Source of the DNA: an uncultured Gemmatimonadales bacterium
GTDB taxonomy: Bacteria > Gemmatimonadota > Gemmatimonadetes > Gemmatimonadales > GWC2-71-9
Assembly (NCBI GenBank): GCA_963730185.1
Contig: CAVSQW010000015.1
Coordinates: forward strand, 512,001 to 576,000
DNA length: 64,000 bases
Direction: 5' to 3'
This document shows, piece by piece, positions 21,599-31,469 of this stretch (positions are counted from its first letter, which is position 1; the number at the start of each line of letters is the position of its first letter). A model generated the notes under the pieces. That model was given only the letters and a program-made list of their open reading frames with translations. It had not been told where the DNA came from and ran no database searches. A program made the position numbers and the translations under genes.

Positions 21599-21658
21599 GT
21601 GGTGAGTGGTGAGTGGTGATTGGGGAGTTGGGAGGGAATGGGGGGTAGTGAGTGGGGG
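21592..21658. repeat. Heptamer tandem repeat (GTGAGTG units), same family as 4363-4555
   Basis: ggtgagt x3 overlapping the SDR stop codon, then degenerate G-rich heptamers. Confidence 0.75.
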
Positions 21659-21702
21659 AACCGCGCGAGGGGGGATGTGGTCTCAGGCGAGCGCGAGGAC
21701 AG

Positions 21703-22887
21703 GTGAAGGGGGGGCGGCTCGAGCGGCTGGACCTTCCCGACGAGGTGGTCGAGATTGCGAGCCGGCTCGAACGGGCCGGCTTCGAAACGTGGTGCGTCGG
21801 CGGCGCGATTCGTGACGCGGTGCTGGGCCAGGGCAAGGCCGACGTCGACCTGGCCACGTCGGCCACGCCGGAGGACGTCCAGCGGATCTTCCGCCGCACC
21901 GTCGCGGTGGGGCTCAAGTTCGGGACGGTGGGCGTCCTGGACCGGAACCGCCAGCTCCACGAGGTGACCACCTTCCGGCGCGACGTGGCCACCGACGGGC
22001 GGCACGCGGTGGTGGAGTACGGCGTGTCGCTCGACGACGACCTGGCCCGGCGCGATCTGACCATCAACGCGATCGCCTACCATCCCCTCGATTACCGGTG
22101 GCGGGACCCATTCCACGGGATCGACGACCTCGAGGCCGGGCTGGTCCGCGCCGTGGGCGATCCGGTCCACCGGTTTCGGGAGGACTATCTCCGAATTCTC
22201 CGGGCCATGCGGTTCGCCACCCGGCTCGGTTTCACCATCCATCCGGCCACTTGGGAGGCCGCCCGGGCCGAGGTGGAGGGCCTGCGCCGACTCTCGGCGG
22301 AGCGGGTCCGGGACGAGTGGTTCCGGAGCCTCGAATCGGCCCGCTCCCTCCGGCGCCTGGTGACGCTTTGGCACGAGTCGGGTGCCGCCCGGGTACTGCT
22401 GCCGGAGCTGTTGCCCCCGTTTCCGCTCGCCGTCGACGCGCCCGACGAGCGCGATCCGCTCCTCCTGACGGCGGCGCTCTGCGAGGATCCGTGCGCCGTG
22501 GTACGCCGGTTGAAATGCTCCAATGCCGAGGTCTCCCGGGTGGAACGGTACACCAGGCCCGATCCCTCCCCCGACGGGGCCGACGTCCGGTCGGTGCGCC
22601 GCTGGCTGGCGTCCGCGGGCGTGGCGGCCGACGATCTCCTGGCGGTGCACCGTCTCCGAACCGGCCGGCCCGCCGACTGGGCGGCCGCGGTGGCCGAGAT
22701 CAGGGCCCGGGGCGAGCCGCTCGGGCGGGGTGATCTGGCGGTCACCGGGACGGACCTCCAGGCCGCGGGCGTGCCGCCGGGGCCGGCCGTGGGCCGGGTG
22801 CTGGGCGAGCTGCTCGATCAGGTGCTCGACGATCCGTCGCTCAACCGCCGCGAGGTCCTCCTGGCCCGCGCCCGAGAGCTCGCATGA
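21703..22887 (+). CDS. cca: CCA tRNA nucleotidyltransferase
   Basis: VGGAIRD..LG...DVDLAT, EVTTFR, DLARRDLTINA, EDYLRILRAMRF, SAERVRDE; GAGGA RBS before GTG 21703. Confidence 0.85.
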   Translation: MKGGRLERLDLPDEVVEIASRLERAGFETWCVGGAIRDAVLGQGKADVDLATSATPEDVQRIFRRTVAVGLKFGTVGVLDRNRQLHEVTTFRRDVATDGRHAVVEYGVSLDDDLARRDLTINAIAYHPLDYRWRDPFHGIDDLEAGLVRAVGDPVHRFREDYLRILRAMRFATRLGFTIHPATWEAARAEVEGLRRLSAERVRDEWFRSLESARSLRRLVTLWHESGAARVLLPELLPPFPLAVDAPDERDPLLLTAALCEDPCAVVRRLKCSNAEVSRVERYTRPDPSPDGADVRSVRRWLASAGVAADDLLAVHRLRTGRPADWAAAVAEIRARGEPLGRGDLAVTGTDLQAAGVPPGPAVGRVLGELLDQVLDDPSLNRREVLLARARELA

Positions 22888-23600
22888 GCGCCGTGCTGCT
22901 GGCCGCCACGGCGGCTCTGGGGGTCGTCCTCGGCGCGCTGGCGGTGCTGACCGGTGGCAAAGGGCGGGTCCACGCGATCGACGCCACGGTCGGGTTCGGC
23001 GCGGGGTTCATCTTGAGCCTGGTGATCCTGGCCCTGGTGCCCGAGGTCGTGGAGAAGGCCGGACCGCATGGCGTGGCCGCAATCTTGGTGGGCTATCTGC
23101 TGGTCCTGGTGGCGCAGCAGTTCATCGCCCCGCACTTCCACTTCGGCGAGGAGCGGCACCGGGTGAGCCGGGTGGCGGCGATGAGCGCCGTCTTCGCGTT
23201 GGGGCTCCATTCGCTGTTCGACGGGGTGGGGATCGGGAGCGGACTGGTCGTAGCGCCGGCGCTGGGCGTGCTCTACTTCGCGGGCGTGGCGCTCCACAAG
23301 CTGCCGGAGGGGGTGACGGTGGCGAGCCTGATGGTGGCGGCGGGTTGGGGCCGAAAGGGGATCGGGGTCGCGGTCGCGGTCGTGGCCCTGGCGACGCCGC
23401 TCGGCGCCCTGATCGCGCACCTGGCCCGGGGCGCCGCCCCGCTGGGCCTCGGGCTGGCGGCGGGGACGGCGCTCTACGTGTCGGCCTCGAATCTGGTGCC
23501 GGAGATGGAGAGCCGGGGGCGGAAGACGATGGTCCTCACCCTGCTGGGCGGGGTGGCCGTCTTCCTGGTGGTGCGAGCCTTCATCGGGTCGGGCGGATGA
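22884..23600 (+). CDS. ZIP family metal transporter
   Basis: Multi-TM; HFHFGEE loop, LHSLFDG and LHKLPEG metal-binding helices. Confidence 0.85.
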   Translation: MSAVLLAATAALGVVLGALAVLTGGKGRVHAIDATVGFGAGFILSLVILALVPEVVEKAGPHGVAAILVGYLLVLVAQQFIAPHFHFGEERHRVSRVAAMSAVFALGLHSLFDGVGIGSGLVVAPALGVLYFAGVALHKLPEGVTVASLMVAAGWGRKGIGVAVAVVALATPLGALIAHLARGAAPLGLGLAAGTALYVSASNLVPEMESRGRKTMVLTLLGGVAVFLVVRAFIGSGG

Positions 23601-24949
23601 CGGACGACGCCTTCGAGCTGTTCGGCGTGCCGGGCCCACTGGCCGACCGGATGCGTCCCCGCACCCTGGACGAGCTGGTCGGCCAGAGGCAGTTGCTGGC
23701 GCCGGGCCAGTCGTTAGGCGAGGCGATCCGCCGCGGTGACCTCGGCAACACGATCCTCTGGGGCCCGCCCGGGACGGGCAAGACCTCCCTGGCCCGGCTG
23801 GTGGCCCAGCACGCGGGCCGCGAGTTCGTGGCCTTCAGCGCGGTGACGGAGGGCGTCTCCCGGGTCCGGGAGATCATCCGCGAGGCCGACGCCCGTCGTC
23901 GTACCGGCCGGGGGACGATTCTCTTCTGCGACGAGATCCACCGGTTCAACCGGGCGCAACAGGACGCCTTCCTGCCCCACGTGGAGCGGGGCACCATCAC
24001 CCTGATCGGCGCCACCACCGAAAACCCCAGCTTCAGCCTGAACGGCGCCCTGCTGTCGCGGTGCCGGGTGTTCGTGCTCGAGCCGCTCGACGCCGAGGCG
24101 CTGGCCGGGCTCCTGACCCGGGCCTTGCGCGATCGGGATCGCGGGTTGGGGTCCCTCGAGGTGACGGCCGAGCCGGACGCCCTCCAACGGATCGCCGAGC
24201 AGGCCGACGGCGATGCCCGCCAGGCGCTCACCGTGCTCGAGGCGGCCGCGACCCACGTCGGGAAGGGCGGCCGGATCACCGCCGATCTGCTCCCGACGGT
24301 GCTGGCCCGGCGGATGCCGCGGTACGACCGGGCCGGCGAGGAGCATTTCAACCTCCTCTCGGCCTACCACAAGTCGCTCCGGGGCAGCGATCCCGACGGC
24401 GCGCTCTACTGGATGGCGCGGATGCTCGAGGGGGGCGAGGACCCGCGGGTGCTCTTCCGGCGAGCCATTGCCATGGCGGCCGAGGACGTGGGGTTGGCCG
24501 ATCCCAACGCGCTCCGGTTGGCGGTGGCGGCGCACCAGGCGTACGAGTTCCTGGGCCCGCCGGAGGGGTATCTCCCTCTGGCCGAGATGACGATCTACCT
24601 GGCGACGGCGCCCAAGTCGAACAGCACGGTCAAGGCGCTCCACGCCGCGCTGGACCTTGCCCGGGAGACGCCGGCCGCCGGGGTGCCGATGCACCTCCGG
24701 AACGCGCCGACCTCGCTGATGAAGGAGCTGGGCTACGGCAAGGGCTATCAGTACGCCCACGCCCATCCCGGCCATTTCGCCGTCCAGGACCATCTCCCGG
24801 ACGAGCTCAGGGGCCGGGTCCTGTTCGAGCCGGGAGAGCTTGGCGCGGAGCGGAAGGTGAAGGAGCGGGTGGAATGGATCAGGGGGAGACGGGGAGAGGC
24901 GGGGGGAGATGGGGAGGGACGGGGAGGGATGGGGAGAGACGGCGATTAG
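23597..24949 (+). CDS. rarA: Replication-associated recombination protein A (RarA/MgsA)
   Basis: PLADRMRP, LWGPPGTGKT, DEIHRFNRAQQD, GATTENPSF, KSLRGSDPD, EDVGLAD, VPMHLRNAPT. Confidence 0.95.
   Translation: MTDDAFELFGVPGPLADRMRPRTLDELVGQRQLLAPGQSLGEAIRRGDLGNTILWGPPGTGKTSLARLVAQHAGREFVAFSAVTEGVSRVREIIREADARRRTGRGTILFCDEIHRFNRAQQDAFLPHVERGTITLIGATTENPSFSLNGALLSRCRVFVLEPLDAEALAGLLTRALRDRDRGLGSLEVTAEPDALQRIAEQADGDARQALTVLEAAATHVGKGGRITADLLPTVLARRMPRYDRAGEEHFNLLSAYHKSLRGSDPDGALYWMARMLEGGEDPRVLFRRAIAMAAEDVGLADPNALRLAVAAHQAYEFLGPPEGYLPLAEMTIYLATAPKSNSTVKALHAALDLARETPAAGVPMHLRNAPTSLMKELGYGKGYQYAHAHPGHFAVQDHLPDELRGRVLFEPGELGAERKVKERVEWIRGRRGEAGGDGEGRGGMGRDGD
24883..24942. repeat. Decamer tandem repeat (YGGGGAGGGA-like) inside the rarA 3' end
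   Basis: cggggagagg, tggggaggga, cggggaggga, tggggagaga; reverse complement of the 16508 unit; encodes a low-complexity G/R/E/D tail. Confidence 0.75.
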
Positions 24950-24996
24950 GTTTCGGGTGGTCGAACTCAAGAACGGGGTGTCTCATCGCACGAGAG

Positions 24997-26253
24997 ATGA
25001 TCGACGTCGCGCCGCCGGTTGACCGGGCGGTCCTGGTTGGCGCGCCGCGGAAGGGGAGCCCGGACGCGGGGATGCTGGCGGAGCATCTCGCGGAGCTGGG
25101 ACGGCTGGTGGATACCGCGGGCGCGGAGGTGGTGGGGACGCTGTCGCAGCAGGTCGCGTCACCCAACCCGGCCACGCTGATCGGCGAAGGCAAGGTCGAG
25201 GAGCTCCGCGAGCTCCTCACCCGGTCGAACGCCAACTTGGTGATCTTCGACGAGGAGCTTAGCCCGGTGCAGGGGGCGAGCCTCGAGCGCGAGCTCAAGA
25301 CCCGGGTGATGGATCGGGCCGAGGTCATTCTCGACATCTTCTCGACCCGGGCCCGAACCGCGGAGGCCAAGGTGCAGGTCGAGCTGGCCCAGCTCGAATA
25401 CCTGCTCCCCCGCCTGGCCCGGATGTGGACCCACCTTTCCCGGATCCGGGGCGGCATCGGGCTGCGGGGCCCGGGCGAAACGCAGCTCGAGACCGATCGC
25501 CGGATGATCCGGCGGAAGATCCAGCATCACCGGGCCAAGCTGCAGGACGTGGAGCGACACCGGGAGCTGGTCCGCTCGGGCCGACAGACGCTTCCCAGCG
25601 TGGCGCTGGTAGGCTACACCAACGCGGGCAAGTCGAGCGTGCTTCGGGGGCTCACCGGCGAGAAGGACATCTTCGTCGAGGACCGCCTCTTCGCGACCCT
25701 CGACACCCTGACCCGCGAAGTGGACCTGGGCGACGGGCTTCGGGTTCGGGTCACCGACACCGTGGGATTCATCCGGAAGCTTCCTCACCATCTGGTGGCG
25801 AGCTTTCGAGCCACCCTCGAGGAGGCCCGCGAGGCGGATGGGCTGCTCCACGTGGTGGATGCCAGTCATCCCGAGTGGGAGGAGCAGGTCGAGGTCGTGG
25901 AGGAGGTGCTGGGGGAGCTGGAGATCGGCGACCGGCCGGTGCTCATGGTCTTCAACAAGTCCGACCAGCTCTCCGATCCGGACGAGTTCCGGGCCCGGAT
26001 CGAGGCGTTCCACGAACGCGCGGTGCTCACCTCGGCCGTCGAGCCAGGCGGACTGGACACCCTCCGTGCCGCGCTCAAGGACCTGGCCCGCGAGACCCGG
26101 CCCGTGATCCGGCTGGTGGTGCCCGCCACCGACGGCAAGCGGATCGCCGCGGTCTACCGGGCGGGCGAGGTGGTGTCGCGGGAGGATACGCCGGAGGGCG
26201 TCGCGCTGACGGTTCGGATGGAGCCCTGGCGGGCCAAGCAGCTGGAAGGCTGA
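24997..26253 (+). CDS. hflX: GTPase HflX
   Basis: IGEGKVEEL, VILDIFSTRART.EAKVQVELAQL, GPGETQLETDRR, VGYTNAGKS, LFATLD, DTVGFI, NKSD. Confidence 0.96.
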   Translation: MIDVAPPVDRAVLVGAPRKGSPDAGMLAEHLAELGRLVDTAGAEVVGTLSQQVASPNPATLIGEGKVEELRELLTRSNANLVIFDEELSPVQGASLERELKTRVMDRAEVILDIFSTRARTAEAKVQVELAQLEYLLPRLARMWTHLSRIRGGIGLRGPGETQLETDRRMIRRKIQHHRAKLQDVERHRELVRSGRQTLPSVALVGYTNAGKSSVLRGLTGEKDIFVEDRLFATLDTLTREVDLGDGLRVRVTDTVGFIRKLPHHLVASFRATLEEAREADGLLHVVDASHPEWEEQVEVVEEVLGELEIGDRPVLMVFNKSDQLSDPDEFRARIEAFHERAVLTSAVEPGGLDTLRAALKDLARETRPVIRLVVPATDGKRIAAVYRAGEVVSREDTPEGVALTVRMEPWRAKQLEG

Positions 26254-26263
26254 CCGGGCGGCC

Positions 26264-27289
26264 TCACATCGGCCAGCGCCGCTCGACCCACCCGTAGGCC
26301 GCCGCCGCCGCGAGGCCCGCGACCGCCAGGCCGGCCCAGGGTGGGATTGGCCCGGCGGTCACGGCCAGGGCCACCGCCCCGAAGCCCAGGTCGAGCCCCA
26401 CCACCAGCCGGGTGACGTCCCGGTGCCCCACGCCGCCCAGCGCGGCCCGCTGATAGGCATGCGAGCGGTGCGCCTGGTACCACACCTCCCGGCGCCCGAT
26501 CCGGCGGAGCAGGGTCACGGTCGCGTCGAAGAGGAACGCCATCAGGAGGATCGCCCAGAGCAGCGCGGACGGGCCCGGCCTGGCCGTCGAGGCGACCGCG
26601 ATCACCCCGAAGCCGAATCCCAGGAAGCCGCTTCCGACGTCGCCCATGAAGATCTTGGCCGGTGGCCAGTTCCACCCCAGGAACCCGGCCGAGGCCGCGG
26701 CCAACACCGCGCTCGCGAACCCGATCGCCGGAGCGCCGAGCATCAGGCCCAGGCCCGCGCCGAAGCCGCCCACCAGCAGGCCCTCCGCCCCGGCGAGCCC
26801 GTCGATCCCATCCATGAAGTTGTAGAGGTTGGTGAGCCAGACGACTCCCAGAATCTGCCCGAACACCCGGACCAGGCCGAGCCGGCCGAGGCCCGGCCCG
26901 GTCAGCTCGGGCCAGGTCAGCCAGCCGACCGCCCACCCGGCGGCGGCCAGCTGGGCGGCGAACCGGACCACGGGACGGAGATCGGTGCGGTCGTCGACCC
27001 ATCCGACCGCCGCGACCAGCGCCCCGCCGAGCCCGGCCGCCAGGAGGAGACGGAGGTCGAGCCAGCCGAGCGCGGCACCGCCGGTCCAGGCGACGAGCGT
27101 GGCGACGACCAGCGCCAGGCCTCCCCCGCGGGGGGTGGGCCGGGTATGGGCGCTCCGCTGGTTCGGGACGTCGAGGACACCGTGCGCGAGAGCGAAGCGG
27201 CGGACCCGGCCGGTGAGCAGCGCGGCCAGCGGGGCGGCGACGGCGGCGCCCGCCAGGGCGGCGGGAAGTCCGTCGGCGAGCGGCCTCAC
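26264..27289 (-). CDS. MraY/WecA-family (WbpL-like) undecaprenyl-phosphate sugar-1-phosphate transferase
   Basis: DVPNQRSAHTRPTPRGGG, VGWVDD, NLYNFMDGIDG, WNWPPAKIFMGDVGS, AHRSHAYQ. Confidence 0.9.
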   Translation of the reverse strand: MRPLADGLPAALAGAAVAAPLAALLTGRVRRFALAHGVLDVPNQRSAHTRPTPRGGGLALVVATLVAWTGGAALGWLDLRLLLAAGLGGALVAAVGWVDDRTDLRPVVRFAAQLAAAGWAVGWLTWPELTGPGLGRLGLVRVFGQILGVVWLTNLYNFMDGIDGLAGAEGLLVGGFGAGLGLMLGAPAIGFASAVLAAASAGFLGWNWPPAKIFMGDVGSGFLGFGFGVIAVASTARPGPSALLWAILLMAFLFDATVTLLRRIGRREVWYQAHRSHAYQRAALGGVGHRDVTRLVVGLDLGFGAVALAVTAGPIPPWAGLAVAGLAAAAAYGWVERRWPM

Positions 27290-27296
27290 CGCCGTC

Positions 27297-28373
27297 TCAT
27301 CCGTCGGCGCGGGGCCGGCGGGCGGGCCGGAGCAGGCGCCAGGGGCGCCGGAGATCCCGGGCCAGATCGGCGGTGAGGGTGCGGAAGGTCTCCGCCTCGG
27401 GGCCGCCGGAGCCGGGGCCGCCACCGGCCGCCTGGCGGATCAGGGTGATCGAGGCGCCGAAGATGAAGCCGGCGAGCACGGCGATGATGCCCTTGCCGAC
27501 CACGCCGCGCGAATCCGGCCGGACCGGCGGCTCCGGATGCTCGAGCACGGTGATCACCGGGGTATCGCGAACCTCGTCGATCTTCGCCTGCTCGTACGCT
27601 TGCACGACGTTGGTGTAAAGGGTCTGCTGAACCGTCACCGCCCGGGCCAGGCGATCGTGCTGGAACTGAAGCTCGGGCGAATCGCGGAGGGTCCGGTTCC
27701 GTTCCAGGAAGCGCTCCAGTTGGTCCTCGGCCGCGCGGAGATCCTGCTGAACCGCCGCCAGCCGCCCCGCCAGGAACTGCCGTTCGCTCCGAACCCGGCT
27801 CCGGCGGGTGGCGAGGTTGAACTCGTTCACCAGCTCGAGCAGTCGGGCTCCGACCCCGGCGGCGACGTCGGGCGAGTGGAGCGAGACCTGGATGGTGACG
27901 ACGCTGGTCTTGGGGCTGGCGGAGACCGAGACGTCGCCGGCCAGGTGGGTGATGGCGGCGTCGCGCCGGAGCGGGGGTGAGTCGCCCTTGGTCTCGAAAT
28001 AGTCGACCAGCCGCACCGCCGTGTCGCCGCTCGCCACCACCGGTCCACTGTCGACCACGGCGCCGAGGATGGCCCGCGACTGGAGCAGGTCGACGTAGAA
28101 GCTCGGACTCTCGCCGGCGTCCTCGCCGGGGACGGGAATTCCGAACTGGGACGCGATGGCCGAGAGCCCCGAGCTGGCCTTACCGCCCTGGGGGATGAAC
28201 GAGGCCGTGGCGGTCCAGGTCCGCCGGGAGAGCAGGGTCACCGTCGCCACCAGCACCACGGCAACCAGCACGCACCAGGTGATGGTCGCCCGGCCGCGGA
28301 GGAGGGCGTTCACCAGGCCGAGGAGTGACACCTCGTCGTCCTCGCGGGCGGGGGCGTCGGGTCGGTCGGTCAT
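27297..28373 (-). CDS. Polysaccharide co-polymerase / chain-length regulator (Wzz/GumC-like, no kinase domain)
   Basis: DEVSLLGL, two TM helices flanking a coiled coil, ITVLEHPEPP. Confidence 0.8.
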   Translation of the reverse strand: MTDRPDAPAREDDEVSLLGLVNALLRGRATITWCVLVAVVLVATVTLLSRRTWTATASFIPQGGKASSGLSAIASQFGIPVPGEDAGESPSFYVDLLQSRAILGAVVDSGPVVASGDTAVRLVDYFETKGDSPPLRRDAAITHLAGDVSVSASPKTSVVTIQVSLHSPDVAAGVGARLLELVNEFNLATRRSRVRSERQFLAGRLAAVQQDLRAAEDQLERFLERNRTLRDSPELQFQHDRLARAVTVQQTLYTNVVQAYEQAKIDEVRDTPVITVLEHPEPPVRPDSRGVVGKGIIAVLAGFIFGASITLIRQAAGGGPGSGGPEAETFRTLTADLARDLRRPWRLLRPARRPRADG

Positions 28374-29611
28374 GAGGCTCCTCCGGGGATACGGGGCCGC
28401 TCGATCACGTCGCACAGCTCGGCCGTCAGTCGGGCCCGGCTCAACCGATCGGCGATGACGGCCTGCGCCCGCCGTCCCATCGCCTCCAACTCGGCCCGCG
28501 ACCGCTCGCGGATCCGGCGAATGGCCGCCACGGTGCCGTCCACGTCGCCGTGGGTCAGGTGCCAGCCGATCTCGTCCCGGGCGACCAGGTCGGCCAGATG
28601 GCTCTCCGCCGGACCAAAGAGGAGGATCGGGCGGGCCACGGCCATCGCGCCATACACCTTGCAGGGGTGGACGATGCCGACCATCGTGTCGCCGATCGTC
28701 ACCGCGTGCAGGTCGGCCGCCGAGAGCGACTCCCGGAGCCCGCTGAGGGGCTGGTAGGGGAGTGAGCGCACGTTGGGCGACCGGTTCTCCTGCACCTCGC
28801 GCTTCCCGATCCCGCCCCCGACGAAGAGGAAGACCAGCCCCTCGTCGTCGGCCAGCACCTCGGCCGCCCGAAGCAGGGTCGTCAGCGGGTTGGCCGGGCT
28901 GTGGTTACCGCTGTACATGACCACGAACCGACCCTCGAGCCCGTGGGCCCGCCGAAAGGTATTCGCCGAGTGGTCGATCGGCGCGGCCACGTCGTCGAGC
29001 GGCCAGGGCGGAAGAACGGTGATCCGGGGCTCGACCGAGGGGAGCTTCGCGACGACCCGCCGGGCCATGAAGCGGTCGAGCACGACCACGTCGTCGGCCC
29101 GGGCCAGTACCCGCCGGTTGAGCGCGTCGAAGGCGCGGACCGCCGGCGAGCCCTGGCGGGCCAGCCCCAGGGCGACCGCCTGGTCCGGGTTGAGGTCCAT
29201 GATCCAGTACTTCACCGCCACCTTCCGGAACCAGCCGATCACCAGCGCCGCGATGCCGCCCATCGGCGGCGAGGTGGTCACGACCACCGTCCCGAGGTCG
29301 GGCGTCCGGAGGCCGACGACGATCGCCTGGGCCAGGAAGAAGAGGCCGCCGAGGACCCGGACCGGGAGCGACCGCTTGCCGAACGACGCCCAGGGTACCC
29401 GCCGCACCTCCACCCCGTCGGTCGTCTCCCGGGCCGGGTAGCGGACCCCGGGATCGTCGTACCCGCGTCCCGACGTCACGACCAGCACGCGGTGGCCCCG
29501 GCGGGCCAGCTCCGCCGCCGCACCGGCCACGTGCTGCCCGACGCTCGCGGGGTCGGGCGGGTAGACCTGCGAGACGAACAGGATCGTCGACCGCCGGGCT
29601 CCATCGGTCAC
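28370..29611 (-). CDS. GT4 glycosyltransferase (WbuB-like)
   Basis: VSQVYPPD, TTSPP, WIMDLNPD, MYSGN, PCKVYGAMAVARPI. Confidence 0.88.
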   Translation of the reverse strand: MTDGARRSTILFVSQVYPPDPASVGQHVAGAAAELARRGHRVLVVTSGRGYDDPGVRYPARETTDGVEVRRVPWASFGKRSLPVRVLGGLFFLAQAIVVGLRTPDLGTVVVTTSPPMGGIAALVIGWFRKVAVKYWIMDLNPDQAVALGLARQGSPAVRAFDALNRRVLARADDVVVLDRFMARRVVAKLPSVEPRITVLPPWPLDDVAAPIDHSANTFRRAHGLEGRFVVMYSGNHSPANPLTTLLRAAEVLADDEGLVFLFVGGGIGKREVQENRSPNVRSLPYQPLSGLRESLSAADLHAVTIGDTMVGIVHPCKVYGAMAVARPILLFGPAESHLADLVARDEIGWHLTHGDVDGTVAAIRRIRERSRAELEAMGRRAQAVIADRLSRARLTAELCDVIERPRIPGGAS

Positions 29612-30588
29612 CCGCCGTACTTCTCCAGGTACTGCCCCTCGATCCACCGATAGGTCTTCTCCATTCCCTCGCGGAGCGGAATGGAGGGCTCCCAGCCGAG
29701 CTTGGCCTCGATCAAGGTGTTGTCGGAGTTCCGGCCCATTACGCCCTTGGGCTGGTCGAGCTGGTACCGGCGCTCGAGCTTCACGCCGGCGATGTCCTCC
29801 GCGATGTCCACCAGCTGGTTGATGGTCACCAGCTCGCTGGAGCCGAGGTTGATGGGTTCGAGGATGTCGCTGGCGAGAATGTCGCGGGTACCCTTGACGC
29901 AGTCGTCGATGTACATGAAGGAGCGGGTCTGATGACCGTCTCCCCAGATCTCGATCCGGCCGGTCTTGCGGTGCTTGGCGTCGACCACCTTCCGGCAGAT
30001 GGCGGCGGGCGCCTTCTCGCGGCCGCCCTCCCAGGTCCCGTTGGGGCCGTAAACGTTGTGATAGCGTGCCACCCGGGTGGCCAGCCCGAAGTCTTCCCGG
30101 AAGTGCCGGCACATTCGCTCGGAAAAGAGCTTCTCCCAGCCGTAGCCGTCCTCCGGCATGGCAGGATAGGCGTCCTCCTCACGAAGGGCGGGGACGTCGG
30201 GGCGGGTCTGCTTGTCGGCCGCGTAGACGCAGGCCGAGGACGAGTAGAAGAACCGCTCGACCCGGTGCGCCTGCGCGGCCTGGAGCATGTGGGTGTTGAT
30301 CAGCACCGACAGCATGCAGAGCGCCTTGTTGTGCTCGATGAAGCCGATCCCGCCCATGTCGGCGGCCAGCTGGTAGACCTGCCCGGCGTCGCGGCAGGCG
30401 GCGTCGCACGCGGGACGGAGCCGGAGATCGGCGACGACGTTCTCGACGCCGGGCACGGTCTGGCTCCACTCCCCCAGCGGCTTGACGTCGACCGCGCGAA
30501 CCGGGTGGCCGGCGGCCCGGAGCGCGGCCACCAGGTGGCCCCCAATGAAGCCGCCGCCTCCGGCGACGACGGTGATGCCCTTGCTCAT
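29608..30588 (-). CDS. GDP-mannose 3,5-epimerase-like NAD-dependent epimerase
   Basis: GGGGFIG, LAADMGGIGFI, YSSSACVY, YGWEK, HNVYGPNGTWEGGREKAPAAICRK, WGDG.QTRSF: close to the plant GME motifs. Confidence 0.85.
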   Translation of the reverse strand: MSKGITVVAGGGGFIGGHLVAALRAAGHPVRAVDVKPLGEWSQTVPGVENVVADLRLRPACDAACRDAGQVYQLAADMGGIGFIEHNKALCMLSVLINTHMLQAAQAHRVERFFYSSSACVYAADKQTRPDVPALREEDAYPAMPEDGYGWEKLFSERMCRHFREDFGLATRVARYHNVYGPNGTWEGGREKAPAAICRKVVDAKHRKTGRIEIWGDGHQTRSFMYIDDCVKGTRDILASDILEPINLGSSELVTINQLVDIAEDIAGVKLERRYQLDQPKGVMGRNSDNTLIEAKLGWEPSIPLREGMEKTYRWIEGQYLEKYGG

Positions 30589-31469
30589 GAAGACCTCTCG
30601 GGAGGGAGATAGGGGTTGATCAGCCGGACCGGCGTGTCGGGACGACGAGGCGCCGACCGGGTTGGATGGTCGAGGACGTGGAGCGCGAACAGATGGTCGA
30701 TCCACTTGGCGCGGCGGAAGATCCGGCGCTGCCGGAGAAAGTTGAAGGGCGTGATCTTCCGGCGCGGGTGGGCGTCGTTGAACTGGTTCACTGCCAGAAG
30801 CTCGCCGCACCAGGGGTTCACGCCCTCTTCCTCGACGTCGTCGAGATAGACCAGGGTGATCGGCAGATAGCGGTCGGCCGGGCCGGTGAACACGGCGAGG
30901 GACTCGACCGCCGACCAGTAGTAGTCCACGTCGACGGCGACGAATCCCACCGGTGCGGACGCGGTGAGCTCGGCGACGAACGCCGGCACGGTCTCCGCGA
31001 CGTCGCCGACCACCAGCCGGGCGTTGGCGGGGAGCCGGGCCGACAGGGCCGCGACGTCGGTTGGGAAGTCGCCCTCGGCGTAGTATTCCGGGTGGTCGCG
31101 ATAGTCCCGGGGCGGCGGCATGCCGCGGCCGGTGTCGAAGCCCACGATCCGGAACCGGATCCCGGTGGCGCGGGTGACCCGGGCCGCCACCTCGCACAGG
31201 TTCAGGAGGCCGGCCCCGGCGGCCACCCCAAACTCGATCGCGGTCACCTCCTCGAGGCCGAGCGCCGCGGCGTAGTCGGCCGCCTTGAGGAGTCCGTACG
31301 CGGTGTGGTGGCGGGGCACCAGGTCCCAGGCCACCTTGGCGCGGAAGCCGCCGAAGGCCAGTACGAACGGCGACATGACATTGAGGTGGAGCGGCTCGGT
31401 GAGCCGCTCGAGGAAGATCCGTCGCCAGATGTGGGGCTGGGTCAGCTTCCGGAGCGTGAACCGGAGCAT
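30585..31469 (-). CDS. TylF/MycF/NovP-like O-methyltransferase (putative)
   Basis: IEFGVAAGAG, GFDTGRGMP, VVGDVAETVP, VDVDYY, YLDD motifs. Confidence 0.6.
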   Translation of the reverse strand: MLRFTLRKLTQPHIWRRIFLERLTEPLHLNVMSPFVLAFGGFRAKVAWDLVPRHHTAYGLLKAADYAAALGLEEVTAIEFGVAAGAGLLNLCEVAARVTRATGIRFRIVGFDTGRGMPPPRDYRDHPEYYAEGDFPTDVAALSARLPANARLVVGDVAETVPAFVAELTASAPVGFVAVDVDYYWSAVESLAVFTGPADRYLPITLVYLDDVEEEGVNPWCGELLAVNQFNDAHPRRKITPFNFLRQRRIFRRAKWIDHLFALHVLDHPTRSAPRRPDTPVRLINPYLPPERSS

